DNA of 60,892 nt from positions 1 to 60,892 of IMG/VR virus record IMGVR_UViG_3300047160_014297; one strand, 5' to 3'. The notes below the pieces were generated by a model, which searched no databases, had not been told where the DNA came from, and saw only the letters and a program-made list of their open reading frames with translations. Each line of letters starts with the position of its first letter. Within the stretch, counting starts at the first letter, position 1. This document shows, in pieces, positions 8,057 through 17,015 of the stretch. A program made the translations under genes and the position numbers. Source of the stretch: a virus.

Positions 8057-9945
8057 TCGGCACCTGTAAGTTGGCGACGGATTTCGTTCTGGATAGCGAC
8101 GGCACGTTGCATCATGGTTTGGCGGTTGGGATGCATCGGGTTTTTGCGGAGTTGGGTCGTAATATCGTTTAGAAGACGGCGGAGATCCGCAACAGTGTAG
8201 TTCTGGGTACGGAGATCTTGAGCGGTAGTGATGTCACGGGTCTGGTTCAAGCCGAACAACTGGCCTTGACCTTTGTTGGGCTGGCCTGGGAAGAATGTGC
8301 CGGACTTGCCGGGCTGGCCGGTCGATTCGGGTGTCGAGAACTGACCGAACTGGAGCTGACCCTTGGGTTGAGGTTGGAGTGGTTCGGTCGGTCGGACGGT
8401 ACGGGCACGGGTCAGGTTGCCGGTCGTTAGGTCGGTACGCCCCGCTTTGGGACGCGACAGTACGCCTTCACCGGACGGGATCAGTTCCTGGGCCTTACCT
8501 TTGACGGTTGTAACGGGTGGTTCGATTTTGGTAGAGACGGGGTCGGGGGTTTTGTCCCACCGGCGTAGTGCTGTAACCAGATCTTGATCGACGGTACGGT
8601 TCTCTCCCTTGGCGAACCCTTCAAGGGTCTTGCCGGGCCGCATCGCTTGACCGACACGGTAGGCGACTCTTGCGGGTAGTGGTTCGCGAGTCGCTACCGA
8701 CTTGTTGGCATTGGCGCGTAGCGCGTCTTCGAAATGGATGAGGGCTCCGTTACGCGAGTTGAGGGTGCGGGCCGCGTCACCGCCACCGTAACCGTACTTG
8801 TCGAGCGATTCATAGAACAGTTCGCGGGAAGCGCGCCCGCGGGCGATATCGACGGCACGTTGGCCTGCTTCCATCGTTAATTGGCCGGACAGGTCCTTAC
8901 CGTAGAAGGGAGATTGGGTTGCGGCGGTCTCGGACCGGATTTGGTTCAACCAGCCAATCTTGGGGCGCAACGGTGTACGTTCAATGATGTCGTTGACCAA
9001 CCGGTCACGGGCTGCAGGTTTAATGTCTTTGGGGATGGCGGCGAGCTGGGCACCGCGGAGACGTCGGCCCACCGTTAATGGAGTAACGATGTTACGTTGT
9101 GGGGCAACAATTTCGTCGATTCCCGCCGAATTGACGCCGAACTGTCGCTTGGTTGCGCGAAGGAATTGAGGGACATTCTTGGCCGGGCCGAGGACTTTTT
9201 CGGCTTCTTTGAGTTCGGACAAGGCGATCGGTAAATGTTGCTGGAAGGTTTTGTCGGACGGACCCAGACCGCGGGTTGCTAAGGTTTCCGATGAACGGAA
9301 GAGACGGGAATTGAGACGATCGAACAGTGCCTTGGTGGAAGGGTCCAGACCTTCAAAAGCGGCTGTAAGGCCACGACCGACAACTTGGCCACCCAGGTCG
9401 GCGACACCCATTTCGAGGCCACCCCGACCGGCACTCAGGAGAGCTTCGGCGGTATTGGCCGGGCCGGGTTGGTTGCTGTAGCCGCGGGAGCGGGCAATGT
9501 CACGGACAGCGGTACCGGCTGCTCCGCCAAGGATGGTGGCGGGTATACCTCCGCCCAGTGGGTCGGCCAGTTCACCGGCAGCAGCGCCGAGACCGGCACC
9601 GACAGCGGGTAAGTTTTCAACGAGTCCGGTGCGGGCTTCTCGACCGAAGGATCGGAGTTTTTCGCCCATGGTGAGTGGTGGGCGAAGTCCCATGTCAGTC
9701 GGGATGCCGAAGGCACCGGTTGCTGGGCCGGACGGTGTTGTGGGTTTGCCGGTGGCCCGAACCATCGACGGTGGTGCCTTCAATCGTGGTGAATTGACGA
9801 ATTTCAACTTGTCCGCGGGACTGAGACCGGTCCAGTCGGTGTCGCCGGTCATGTCGAGAGCTTTGATGCGCTTTTCGGAGGGCAGAGATTGGAATCGAGA
9901 GTCGTCGACGACGTCCTTGACCGTGAGTTGGGCCGACTGGGGCAT
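8053..9945 (-). CDS. Large virion protein, candidate internal or ejection protein (Gly-rich hydrophobic segment)
   Basis: 630-aa ORF with the segment LPAVGAGLGAAAGELADPLGGGIPATILGGAAGTAV. It lies between the tail and fibre genes, as the internal core proteins do in T7-like gene orders. Confidence 0.55.
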   Translation of the reverse strand: MPQSAQLTVKDVVDDSRFQSLPSEKRIKALDMTGDTDWTGLSPADKLKFVNSPRLKAPPSMVRATGKPTTPSGPATGAFGIPTDMGLRPPLTMGEKLRSFGREARTGLVENLPAVGAGLGAAAGELADPLGGGIPATILGGAAGTAVRDIARSRGYSNQPGPANTAEALLSAGRGGLEMGVADLGGQVVGRGLTAAFEGLDPSTKALFDRLNSRLFRSSETLATRGLGPSDKTFQQHLPIALSELKEAEKVLGPAKNVPQFLRATKRQFGVNSAGIDEIVAPQRNIVTPLTVGRRLRGAQLAAIPKDIKPAARDRLVNDIIERTPLRPKIGWLNQIRSETAATQSPFYGKDLSGQLTMEAGQRAVDIARGRASRELFYESLDKYGYGGGDAARTLNSRNGALIHFEDALRANANKSVATREPLPARVAYRVGQAMRPGKTLEGFAKGENRTVDQDLVTALRRWDKTPDPVSTKIEPPVTTVKGKAQELIPSGEGVLSRPKAGRTDLTTGNLTRARTVRPTEPLQPQPKGQLQFGQFSTPESTGQPGKSGTFFPGQPNKGQGQLFGLNQTRDITTAQDLRTQNYTVADLRRLLNDITTQLRKNPMHPNRQTMMQRAVAIQNEIRRQLTGAE

Positions 9946-9947
9946 GG

Positions 9948-11666
9948 TCAGCGACCTACCTTTTCGAACAGGCCGTCGAGAGCGGACTTCTTACCGGTGT
10001 CGGGTGTCGGAGTTGCCGACGTACCTTCGGATGGTAAGTAGGGTGAATCGCCCGAGACGCCAGCGACACCAGCATTCATGATCGAGGACCGCCGGATACC
10101 GATGGTACGTTTCAACCGGTTGATGGCGTCACTGAAAGTTTGTTCGTTCCAGTCGCCCGACAAGTTGGTGGCGGCAAGTTTTAATGACTCGTCGGTGGAG
10201 GAGTTACCACCCTTGTAGACGGTACCAAGTTCGGAGGTCAAGTCGGCGATCTGGGCGTCCAGTTGGGTGGCGGCAGAACCAGCCTCACCAGGAAGTTGTT
10301 TCATGGAAGCGAGTGCCGCACGGTTCAGGATTTTGTAGCCAGAGATACCGGCCTGTTTCTTCCATTCCGCGTACAAGTCTTCGATCTGCGGTAAGGACTC
10401 TTCGACCAAGGATACCGCTTGACGGAGACGCAACTGTTGCTGTCCGTTCAAGGTGGTCATGTAGCGTTGAATGGCTTGCCAATCACGGGTTGCGGTGGTC
10501 AGGTCAAAACCACCACGTCTCAATGCCGCCTCGACCTGGATACGGTTACGGTAGAAGCCACGAAGGTCCGGAGGGAGTGACCCGTCCATGATACCTTGGG
10601 CGACTTGGTCGATATCGTCTTTGTTGGAACCACCGGATACAGCAGCACGGACTCGGGCCACAGCGTCGGCGATACGTTTCTTTTGTTCTTCGACGGCGGG
10701 AGAGAAGGGGATATCGCGACCAGGGACTGGTTTGGTGGCTTTTTCGGAAGACGGGGTCGGGGCTTCTAATAATTCTCCAGTGTCAGTGTCTTTCAGTAGT
10801 TGGCCGGTGTTCTGATTGACGTAAAAGTACTTGTTACCTTTCTTGACAACGCCGGGCTTGACTGTTTCGGGTTTGTAACCAGTAATTCGTTCTTCCGCAT
10901 ACACTTGCGACGGGTCTTCACCGGCTTGAATACGCATCCGGGCACGGTTGGACCGGATGATATCGTCGGCGCGGGTCTGGGCGTCCATGGCTTGCTGGGC
11001 TTTTACTTTGTTGCGGAGAGCGCGGTCGTCGGAGGCATCCAGAACGGCTTGGTGGGCTAGACTCGATTCAAATGTGTCCTGGGCTTGGGCCAGCGCAGTC
11101 TGGTCATCGATGGAACGTTGTCTCAACTGTTCGTCCGACAAGAAAAAAGAGCGGGGGCGACCGGCCTGGGATGGACCGGCGTTGGGTTGGGTTGTGGGTT
11201 GACCGCCCCCGCTGGTAGACATCTGACGGTTCTCGGCATCAATGATGTCTTTGTTGGCTTCGTATGCGGACTGGAAAGCGGAGTTGGGGCCGCCGGGATG
11301 TGGGTACTGAGGCGTCAGCGGCTGTTCCTGGTTGCCGGATTCCGGGTTGTACTGAGGATTGAAACTGGGTGCCGGACCGGGGGTACCCTCCGCTCCGGAA
11401 GTACCGCCCGGTTTTGACGCGTCCTGCGAACCGGCACCACTCGGATTACGGTGAAACCCCAGGAGATGAGAGAAAATGTTCGTAACCAACCCGTGGGATT
11501 GTTTCGGGACGTTACCTTCACCCAACATTTGCTGGAGTGCCCACTCTTTGGCTTGGCCGGTCGCGGTAGGGTCGTTCAGGACCGATTTGTAGGCGGTCAC
11601 CTTGTTGGCTTGCTCCTGGTTCTTTTTGTTACGCCGGTCTTCGATCAGGTCGGTTAAAAGGCCCAC
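9948..11666 (-). CDS. Large virion protein, candidate internal or ejection protein (coiled-coil, Pro/Gln-rich linker)
   Basis: 572-aa ORF in the late operon. No catalytic motif was recognised. Confidence 0.5.
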   Translation of the reverse strand: MGLLTDLIEDRRNKKNQEQANKVTAYKSVLNDPTATGQAKEWALQQMLGEGNVPKQSHGLVTNIFSHLLGFHRNPSGAGSQDASKPGGTSGAEGTPGPAPSFNPQYNPESGNQEQPLTPQYPHPGGPNSAFQSAYEANKDIIDAENRQMSTSGGGQPTTQPNAGPSQAGRPRSFFLSDEQLRQRSIDDQTALAQAQDTFESSLAHQAVLDASDDRALRNKVKAQQAMDAQTRADDIIRSNRARMRIQAGEDPSQVYAEERITGYKPETVKPGVVKKGNKYFYVNQNTGQLLKDTDTGELLEAPTPSSEKATKPVPGRDIPFSPAVEEQKKRIADAVARVRAAVSGGSNKDDIDQVAQGIMDGSLPPDLRGFYRNRIQVEAALRRGGFDLTTATRDWQAIQRYMTTLNGQQQLRLRQAVSLVEESLPQIEDLYAEWKKQAGISGYKILNRAALASMKQLPGEAGSAATQLDAQIADLTSELGTVYKGGNSSTDESLKLAATNLSGDWNEQTFSDAINRLKRTIGIRRSSIMNAGVAGVSGDSPYLPSEGTSATPTPDTGKKSALDGLFEKVGR

Positions 11667-11678
11667 GGTAATCCTCCG

Positions 11679-12221
11679 TCAGATGAGCGCACCGGCCAAG
11701 TCACTACCGAGTGACGAGCCGAAGTTGGACAGGAAGTTCGACTGGAACGAATGGCCCAAGTCCTGGTTGCGACCCGCAAGGGCAAGGTTGGCCGCGTTGG
11801 TGGCGGCGCTCAACCCTTGGCCGGTGAGTTGGTTGCCGATGTTGGCAGTGGTAGAGGCGACTTGACCGGCGTTTTGGGCGGCAGTGGAGCGTGCACCACC
11901 GATTAAACCGGCCAACGCTTTGATTTGTTCGATAGGGAGTTCGGCGAGGGTGGAGGTCTTGCCGCCACCGCGGGCCTGATCGCCGATCATCGAGCGGACT
12001 TGATTGAATTGTTGGGAGATCACGTCGGCCTGGGGTTGGATCACGTCCATCAGGGATTTGGTGTCACCCGAAAGCAGGGATTTGAAGTAATCGTAGACCG
12101 GTTGGAGTTCACCGACTCCTTTGGTGGTGGTGTCGCGACCTTGGGTGTACTGTTCGGTACCTGCCTGTTTTAATAGATTGGCGTTGTAGTTTAAGATCGG
12201 GTCGTGTCGATAATCCGGCAT
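11679..12221 (-). CDS. Hypothetical virion protein
   Basis: 180-aa ORF with GGAG upstream. It is preceded by the palindrome and half-site array at 12235-12270. Confidence 0.7.
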   Translation of the reverse strand: MPDYRHDPILNYNANLLKQAGTEQYTQGRDTTTKGVGELQPVYDYFKSLLSGDTKSLMDVIQPQADVISQQFNQVRSMIGDQARGGGKTSTLAELPIEQIKALAGLIGGARSTAAQNAGQVASTTANIGNQLTGQGLSAATNAANLALAGRNQDLGHSFQSNFLSNFGSSLGSDLAGALI

Positions 12222-12235
12222 CAGTCAAATCTCCA

Positions 12236-12248
12236 CGTAGAGTCTACG
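12236..12248. repeat. Palindrome copy CGTAGAGTCTACG (intergenic, 14 nt upstream of the ATG of 11679..12221)
   Basis: Read directly. The 15-bp palindrome ACGTAGAGTCTACGT spans 12235-12249. Confidence 0.95.
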
Positions 12249-12270
12249 TCAGTCTACGTCAGTCTACGTC
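12241..12270. repeat. Tandem repeat, 3 x 10 bp (AGTCTACGTC), extending the right half-site of the palindrome
   Basis: agtctacgtc agtctacgtc agtctacgtc fills the intergenic spacer between 12269..13021 and 11679..12221. Confidence 0.95.
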
Positions 12271-13021
12271 ATCGTCTGAAGTACCGCAAAACTTCTAAAT
12301 ACTGGACAGGGTTGTCCGGTAGTGAGACAAACCCTGTCGATAAACCATGGACGTGCGTGTGGGCCGCAACGATGGTGCCGGTACCGGCCATAACTTCAAC
12401 GGAGGCGGAGTCCACGTTCGAGTTGCCGCCAACGTTCGGTTGGGTGGCCGGTATCACCACACCCGAATAAGAGTTGGTGGAGCGGTGAAACGTCGTGCGG
12501 GCCGCTCCGACCGAGGTTTCGTCGGCCGTCGTGAACGCAGTGACGGCAAGATTGGAGGTCACATCGTTCAGGTAATCCGTAGCAGACCCGTCACAGAGTT
12601 GGTAACCCACCCCTAGCGCGTGGACCGAATCGACGATGTAGCCGCCCTGACCGTCCGCTATATGGAAGAACTTGCCGTCCCAATACACGAGATGGTAGTA
12701 GTCGGCGACAAGAAAGAATGCTCCGATGTCAGCTGAACCGAGGTTGCGGGCCACGATATCGACACGGTTCTGGACGATGATCGTGCCGGGCGACTGGAGA
12801 CCTAAGATTGTAGGTAGAGACGACGGTGTTGCCGTCAGCGCACCCGATTGCTGGAGCTGCTGGACGATGCTTTCGGTAACCGTCTGGGGGACGGAGGTGA
12901 TCTTTTGCGAAGTGGTGTCCAGGGCCGATCGTAAACTGACAATCTCGCGGTACATTTCGTTGATGTAGTCGCGGGCGACCGGGTCGATCTTGCCGTCGAT
13001 CGAGTTGGGCGGTCTTAACAT
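12269..13021 (-). CDS. Tail-collar-domain fibre protein
   Basis: GYQLCDGSA...AHTHVHG resembles the phage tail collar (microcystin-dependent protein-like) domain. Confidence 0.6.
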   Translation of the reverse strand: MLRPPNSIDGKIDPVARDYINEMYREIVSLRSALDTTSQKITSVPQTVTESIVQQLQQSGALTATPSSLPTILGLQSPGTIIVQNRVDIVARNLGSADIGAFFLVADYYHLVYWDGKFFHIADGQGGYIVDSVHALGVGYQLCDGSATDYLNDVTSNLAVTAFTTADETSVGAARTTFHRSTNSYSGVVIPATQPNVGGNSNVDSASVEVMAGTGTIVAAHTHVHGLSTGFVSLPDNPVQYLEVLRYFRR

Positions 13022-13031
13022 TGGACTGGTC

Positions 13032-13409
13032 TTAACATTGAATGACTTCGATCATCAGTTTAGGGGAACCGGCCGACGCAATAGCGTAGATATTGGACAG
13101 CTCGATGGTATTCATCGTGAATGGCCCATAGACCAGAGCGCGATCGGCCGCGGCGGACGTCAGCTGGTTGCCATAACGGGAAGTGGACACTTTCTCGTCG
13201 CCGATCAGGCAGTTGTTGGTCGAGTTGCCGCTGTCCGCTTTTAGGTTCAGTTGGGCACAGGTCATGTTGGGAGGAACCTGTTCGTTGTTACCTGCTGTAT
13301 ACACAGATTGGATCAAGGCCAGGATGGATTGCGCTGTGCCCGTCAAAGTGACGATACCGGCATAGTAGGGCCGGAGGGCCAGTGGGTTGTTGTTTGCAGG
13401 TGTTGCCAT
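13032..13409 (-). CDS. Hypothetical virion protein
   Basis: 125-aa ORF packed tightly between tail genes. Confidence 0.65.
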   Translation of the reverse strand: MATPANNNPLALRPYYAGIVTLTGTAQSILALIQSVYTAGNNEQVPPNMTCAQLNLKADSGNSTNNCLIGDEKVSTSRYGNQLTSAAADRALVYGPFTMNTIELSNIYAIASAGSPKLMIEVIQC

Positions 13410-13424
13410 TCAAATATCCTCCGA

Positions 13425-16400
13425 TTAGGCCGATTGACCGGCAAACGGTTTAAACGGCAAGTAAGGTCCGGTCGAGCCCCACTCCTTGGCATGGATTATA
13501 GTCTCGTCGTCAAACATCGAGAAGGCCGATGTCGAGGTCGCGCTGTAGTAGAACAACAGTCCTTTAAGGGCTGCGGTCGGCGCGTACACTTTGGTGATCT
13601 TGCCGCCGGAAGAGGGCAGCACAATCGTGTACGTCAGGCCCAGATCGGTCAGTATCGTGACGTTGACCGGAGAGGTCGAGATATAGACGAAGTAGCCGTC
13701 CCGGACGTGCCCGTAAGTGGTGAAGCCGTGACTGACGTAGTTGGGAGAGGATTTGTTGACGGCAAGATAGGGTTGCAGGACCGCGTTCGGTTCGAATTCG
13801 TAGAAGACCGGCGTCACCGTAGAGGCAACCTGTACCTGTAAGGCGATGTCAAGATACAAGGCAAGGTTGGTCTGGATCACGTCCAGCGGATATTGCTGGC
13901 GGCCGGAACCGGAAATCACAGAGGAGCCCAGGGCGGTCTGGAGTTTATTGACGTAGGGTGTCAGAGTGGCCGACGTCCCTTGAAGATCGGCGTCGACCAT
14001 GTAATCCAGAAAGAGCTTCTGGAGACGTGGATCGCCCAGGTCGAAGGAGGAGGTGGTGAAGTCCGCAAAAATCAGGCCACCGTTATCCGAGGAGCCCTGA
14101 CCGAGCAATTGAACGGTGCCGTCCAGTCCACCGGCAAGGACCGAGGTCAGATTTTGTCCTTCCTCTTCGTAGATAAACGAAGCGGCCGGAGCGTAGTGAA
14201 GAGGGAACCAGCCCGGAGCCAGTAGTGAACGATCGTACATCATGCATTGGTAGGCGGCATGTGTGTCTTGATAGATGAAGTAGAGACGCGATTTGGTCGG
14301 GCAGACCCGCAAGGAGTTGGGCTGGGTAAAGTCCACCGGGTTGTATCCGTTGACGGCAGAACCGACTTGACCGGCATGCGGGAACAGCGGGTAGAGCGAG
14401 TCGTCCGTTAAAGAGTCTAGAGCGCCGCCACCGAGTTGCTGAATCCCCGACTTGGTGACGGCCCAGATCGAGTCCTGACTGGCATACCCGTAAGTGGGGA
14501 AGAGTCCCTTGCCGTTGGGGACTTCTTGGGCCGCGTAGGTCAGGACGGTGTTGCCTTTGGCGTCTGGACTGGTGGTGGGGTAGCAGGAGAACAGCCGTTC
14601 AGTGGACCACACGTAGCAGCGGCCGTCAAACATACAACCGTTTTGGAGGGGTTCGGAAGGGGAGGTTATTTCGAGTTCGTTGGCGTCACTGGCGGAGTCC
14701 GGGTCCGAAGGGTTGGACCACCGTAGGATACCGTCCAAACCCGAACGTATCGCAAACAGAACGTTCGTGAGAGGGTCGGGTCCCCACATCGCCGGTAAGG
14801 GGGTGCCACCGATCGTTGCTTCTGGGATAAGGAAGGTTGCTGCGGTTTGGGTGCCGCCATTTTCACGGAGTTCCAGACGTGTGGTGGAGGCCGGAGGACC
14901 GTACAGCGTGTAGGGTGTACCGTTGATGAAGACTTGGGCACCTTGTTGCCAGTTGACGTTAAAGGTATCGCCCGATACCCAAGAGACTGAAGTACCGGCT
15001 ACGTTCAGAGTGCCAGTCCGTGGTATATCGGTAACCGGAAACGGTTGGAACAGATCGAAACGGAGGATTTCGTTGACTTTGATCGCGGCGTCGGTGACAT
15101 CGAGGTTGAACGGGGTTGCCGTGTTAGGGACGGTTGCGGATAAATGCGCGTCATCGGTGAGAGTGCCACCGATCGTGAAGTAATTGATCTTGTCGACCTG
15201 GGGGTCGGTGGAGACTGTGGGGGTAACAACGAGTCGTTCACGTTGAAGGTCGATGGGTGAACGTAGAGCCGGTGACGGGTTGGAGCGGGCGCCGGTTGAT
15301 GAGGACCGGTACCGATAATAGAGGGAATAGGGTTGCTCCCCTTGAGAGTCCATGCCGTAGGTGCCGCCGATCCACCAACTCGAAACAAGGAAGACAGTGG
15401 AAGCGGTAACTTGTACCTGGACGATCAGGCCCGTCACTTTCGCCAGGGTCACGACCTGGGAGGAGCCAATCGGAGAGAGTTCTGATACGTGGAAGTTCAG
15501 TTCGGTCCAGGCAGACGTTCCGGTTGAAGTGTAGTCCTGCACGGGAGTGGACGAGGGGTCGGTAATCAAGCCGCCTGTAGGGTCACCCGCAGTGATGTCG
15601 GCCGGTAATGTCTGGCTGCGGTTGGCCGGAACGTTCGATGTCTGGGCGGTCTGGTTGATGACGCCTTGCTGGATGGCGGTCTGTTGGGCCGCGAATGCGG
15701 TGGCCGACGAATTGACGACGGATTGGAATACGGTCGGCCCGACATCCTTGTAGTAGCCATTGAGGATTTTCGAGAAGTCCGCCGGGAATGCCGGGTCGGT
15801 TAGAAGGTAGATGCGGATGTTGACGACGTTGGCCGGGTTATCCACTTGAAGGGAAATGTGGATGTAGTCCTCCGGTTGGATGGGACGCGATGTGCCGGAA
15901 CCTGTACCGTTCGGGTAGGCCAACGCTTCGTTTAAGGGGGCGCCCGATTTGTCCAAGGACAAGTAACCGATGCCGGTCGTCACTGTCGATTGGAACGAGT
16001 TGCCGGTCAAGGTGTTGGTAGCCGTGAACGCGCCGACCGTGTAGACACGGAATGAGGCAATGCCCGTAACCGCGTTACCGGCCGCGCGGGTACCTGTAGT
16101 GGAGCAACGGATAGAAACGGTACCGTCCGGTGCGGTTGCAACAGACAAGACACGAATGTATTCCGCTGCAGCGATCTGGAGCATCGCGTCCGGCTGGATA
16201 CCGGTGGTCTGGTCGGCCAGAACGATCGAGCAGAGACCGGTTGAGCCGGTATCGTACAGGATCGAGCCGATGGTGGTGGAGGTGATCGGTTCGAAGACTT
16301 GGCGGATTTTACAGACTTCGGTGCCATTAAAGATGATGAGGGCGCCGGGCTGGTAATTGAAGTCCGCCGCAGTCGGAGCAACCGATGCCCAGCCGGTCGA

Positions 16401-17003
16401 GCCCGAGTCGTACAGGATCGCAAGAATGGTGGTGTTGAAACGGGCCGGGTTCGTGATCGCACCAGCGGTATTGGGGACAGTACCGGCCGTATGAGACCAG
16501 GAGCCAGTTGAAGTGAACTGTTCGATGATGTTGAACTGAGGCACACCGCGGGCCAAGACAGGCGGGGCGGTCGGTGGAGCGATGCCGATCGGGTAATTGG
16601 TCCGGTCGGTACGGACTTTACGGGAGCGCTGGCCGTCGGAAATGTACATCCAGGGACGTGGCGTTTGATTGGGGCGGAATGGGACCATCGAGAGGGGAGT
16701 GCCGGAGTAACCGGTGTCGATCGGGGTCACCAAGGTGGTGTCGTACAGGGAGGTACCGGCACCGATCAAGCGAGAGAAGGTAGCGTTGGTCGGGTCGTTC
16801 AGTCGGCGGATGGAATGGATCGGTAAGCCCGAGCCGGTATCGAATAACTGAGTGAGACCGGAGCGGGGCTGCAATCCACCGAGCTGGCGGGCCGTAAAGT
16901 TGTTTAGCTTTGAGTAATACCCTTCCGGCAGGAGGTCCGGCGGGTAACGGAGACTCAAGCCACGGCATACCAGTTTGTAGGGGACACGTTTGTAGTTGGG
17001 CAT
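13425..17003 (-). CDS. Very large tail structural protein (nozzle or tail-tubular-B-like by position only)
   Basis: 1192-aa uninterrupted ORF in the tail module. No motif was recognised, so the function is inferred from size and position. Confidence 0.7.
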   Translation of the reverse strand: MPNYKRVPYKLVCRGLSLRYPPDLLPEGYYSKLNNFTARQLGGLQPRSGLTQLFDTGSGLPIHSIRRLNDPTNATFSRLIGAGTSLYDTTLVTPIDTGYSGTPLSMVPFRPNQTPRPWMYISDGQRSRKVRTDRTNYPIGIAPPTAPPVLARGVPQFNIIEQFTSTGSWSHTAGTVPNTAGAITNPARFNTTILAILYDSGSTGWASVAPTAADFNYQPGALIIFNGTEVCKIRQVFEPITSTTIGSILYDTGSTGLCSIVLADQTTGIQPDAMLQIAAAEYIRVLSVATAPDGTVSIRCSTTGTRAAGNAVTGIASFRVYTVGAFTATNTLTGNSFQSTVTTGIGYLSLDKSGAPLNEALAYPNGTGSGTSRPIQPEDYIHISLQVDNPANVVNIRIYLLTDPAFPADFSKILNGYYKDVGPTVFQSVVNSSATAFAAQQTAIQQGVINQTAQTSNVPANRSQTLPADITAGDPTGGLITDPSSTPVQDYTSTGTSAWTELNFHVSELSPIGSSQVVTLAKVTGLIVQVQVTASTVFLVSSWWIGGTYGMDSQGEQPYSLYYRYRSSSTGARSNPSPALRSPIDLQRERLVVTPTVSTDPQVDKINYFTIGGTLTDDAHLSATVPNTATPFNLDVTDAAIKVNEILRFDLFQPFPVTDIPRTGTLNVAGTSVSWVSGDTFNVNWQQGAQVFINGTPYTLYGPPASTTRLELRENGGTQTAATFLIPEATIGGTPLPAMWGPDPLTNVLFAIRSGLDGILRWSNPSDPDSASDANELEITSPSEPLQNGCMFDGRCYVWSTERLFSCYPTTSPDAKGNTVLTYAAQEVPNGKGLFPTYGYASQDSIWAVTKSGIQQLGGGALDSLTDDSLYPLFPHAGQVGSAVNGYNPVDFTQPNSLRVCPTKSRLYFIYQDTHAAYQCMMYDRSLLAPGWFPLHYAPAASFIYEEEGQNLTSVLAGGLDGTVQLLGQGSSDNGGLIFADFTTSSFDLGDPRLQKLFLDYMVDADLQGTSATLTPYVNKLQTALGSSVISGSGRQQYPLDVIQTNLALYLDIALQVQVASTVTPVFYEFEPNAVLQPYLAVNKSSPNYVSHGFTTYGHVRDGYFVYISTSPVNVTILTDLGLTYTIVLPSSGGKITKVYAPTAALKGLLFYYSATSTSAFSMFDDETIIHAKEWGSTGPYLPFKPFAGQSA

Positions 17004-17015
17004 AGGGCGGCGCCG

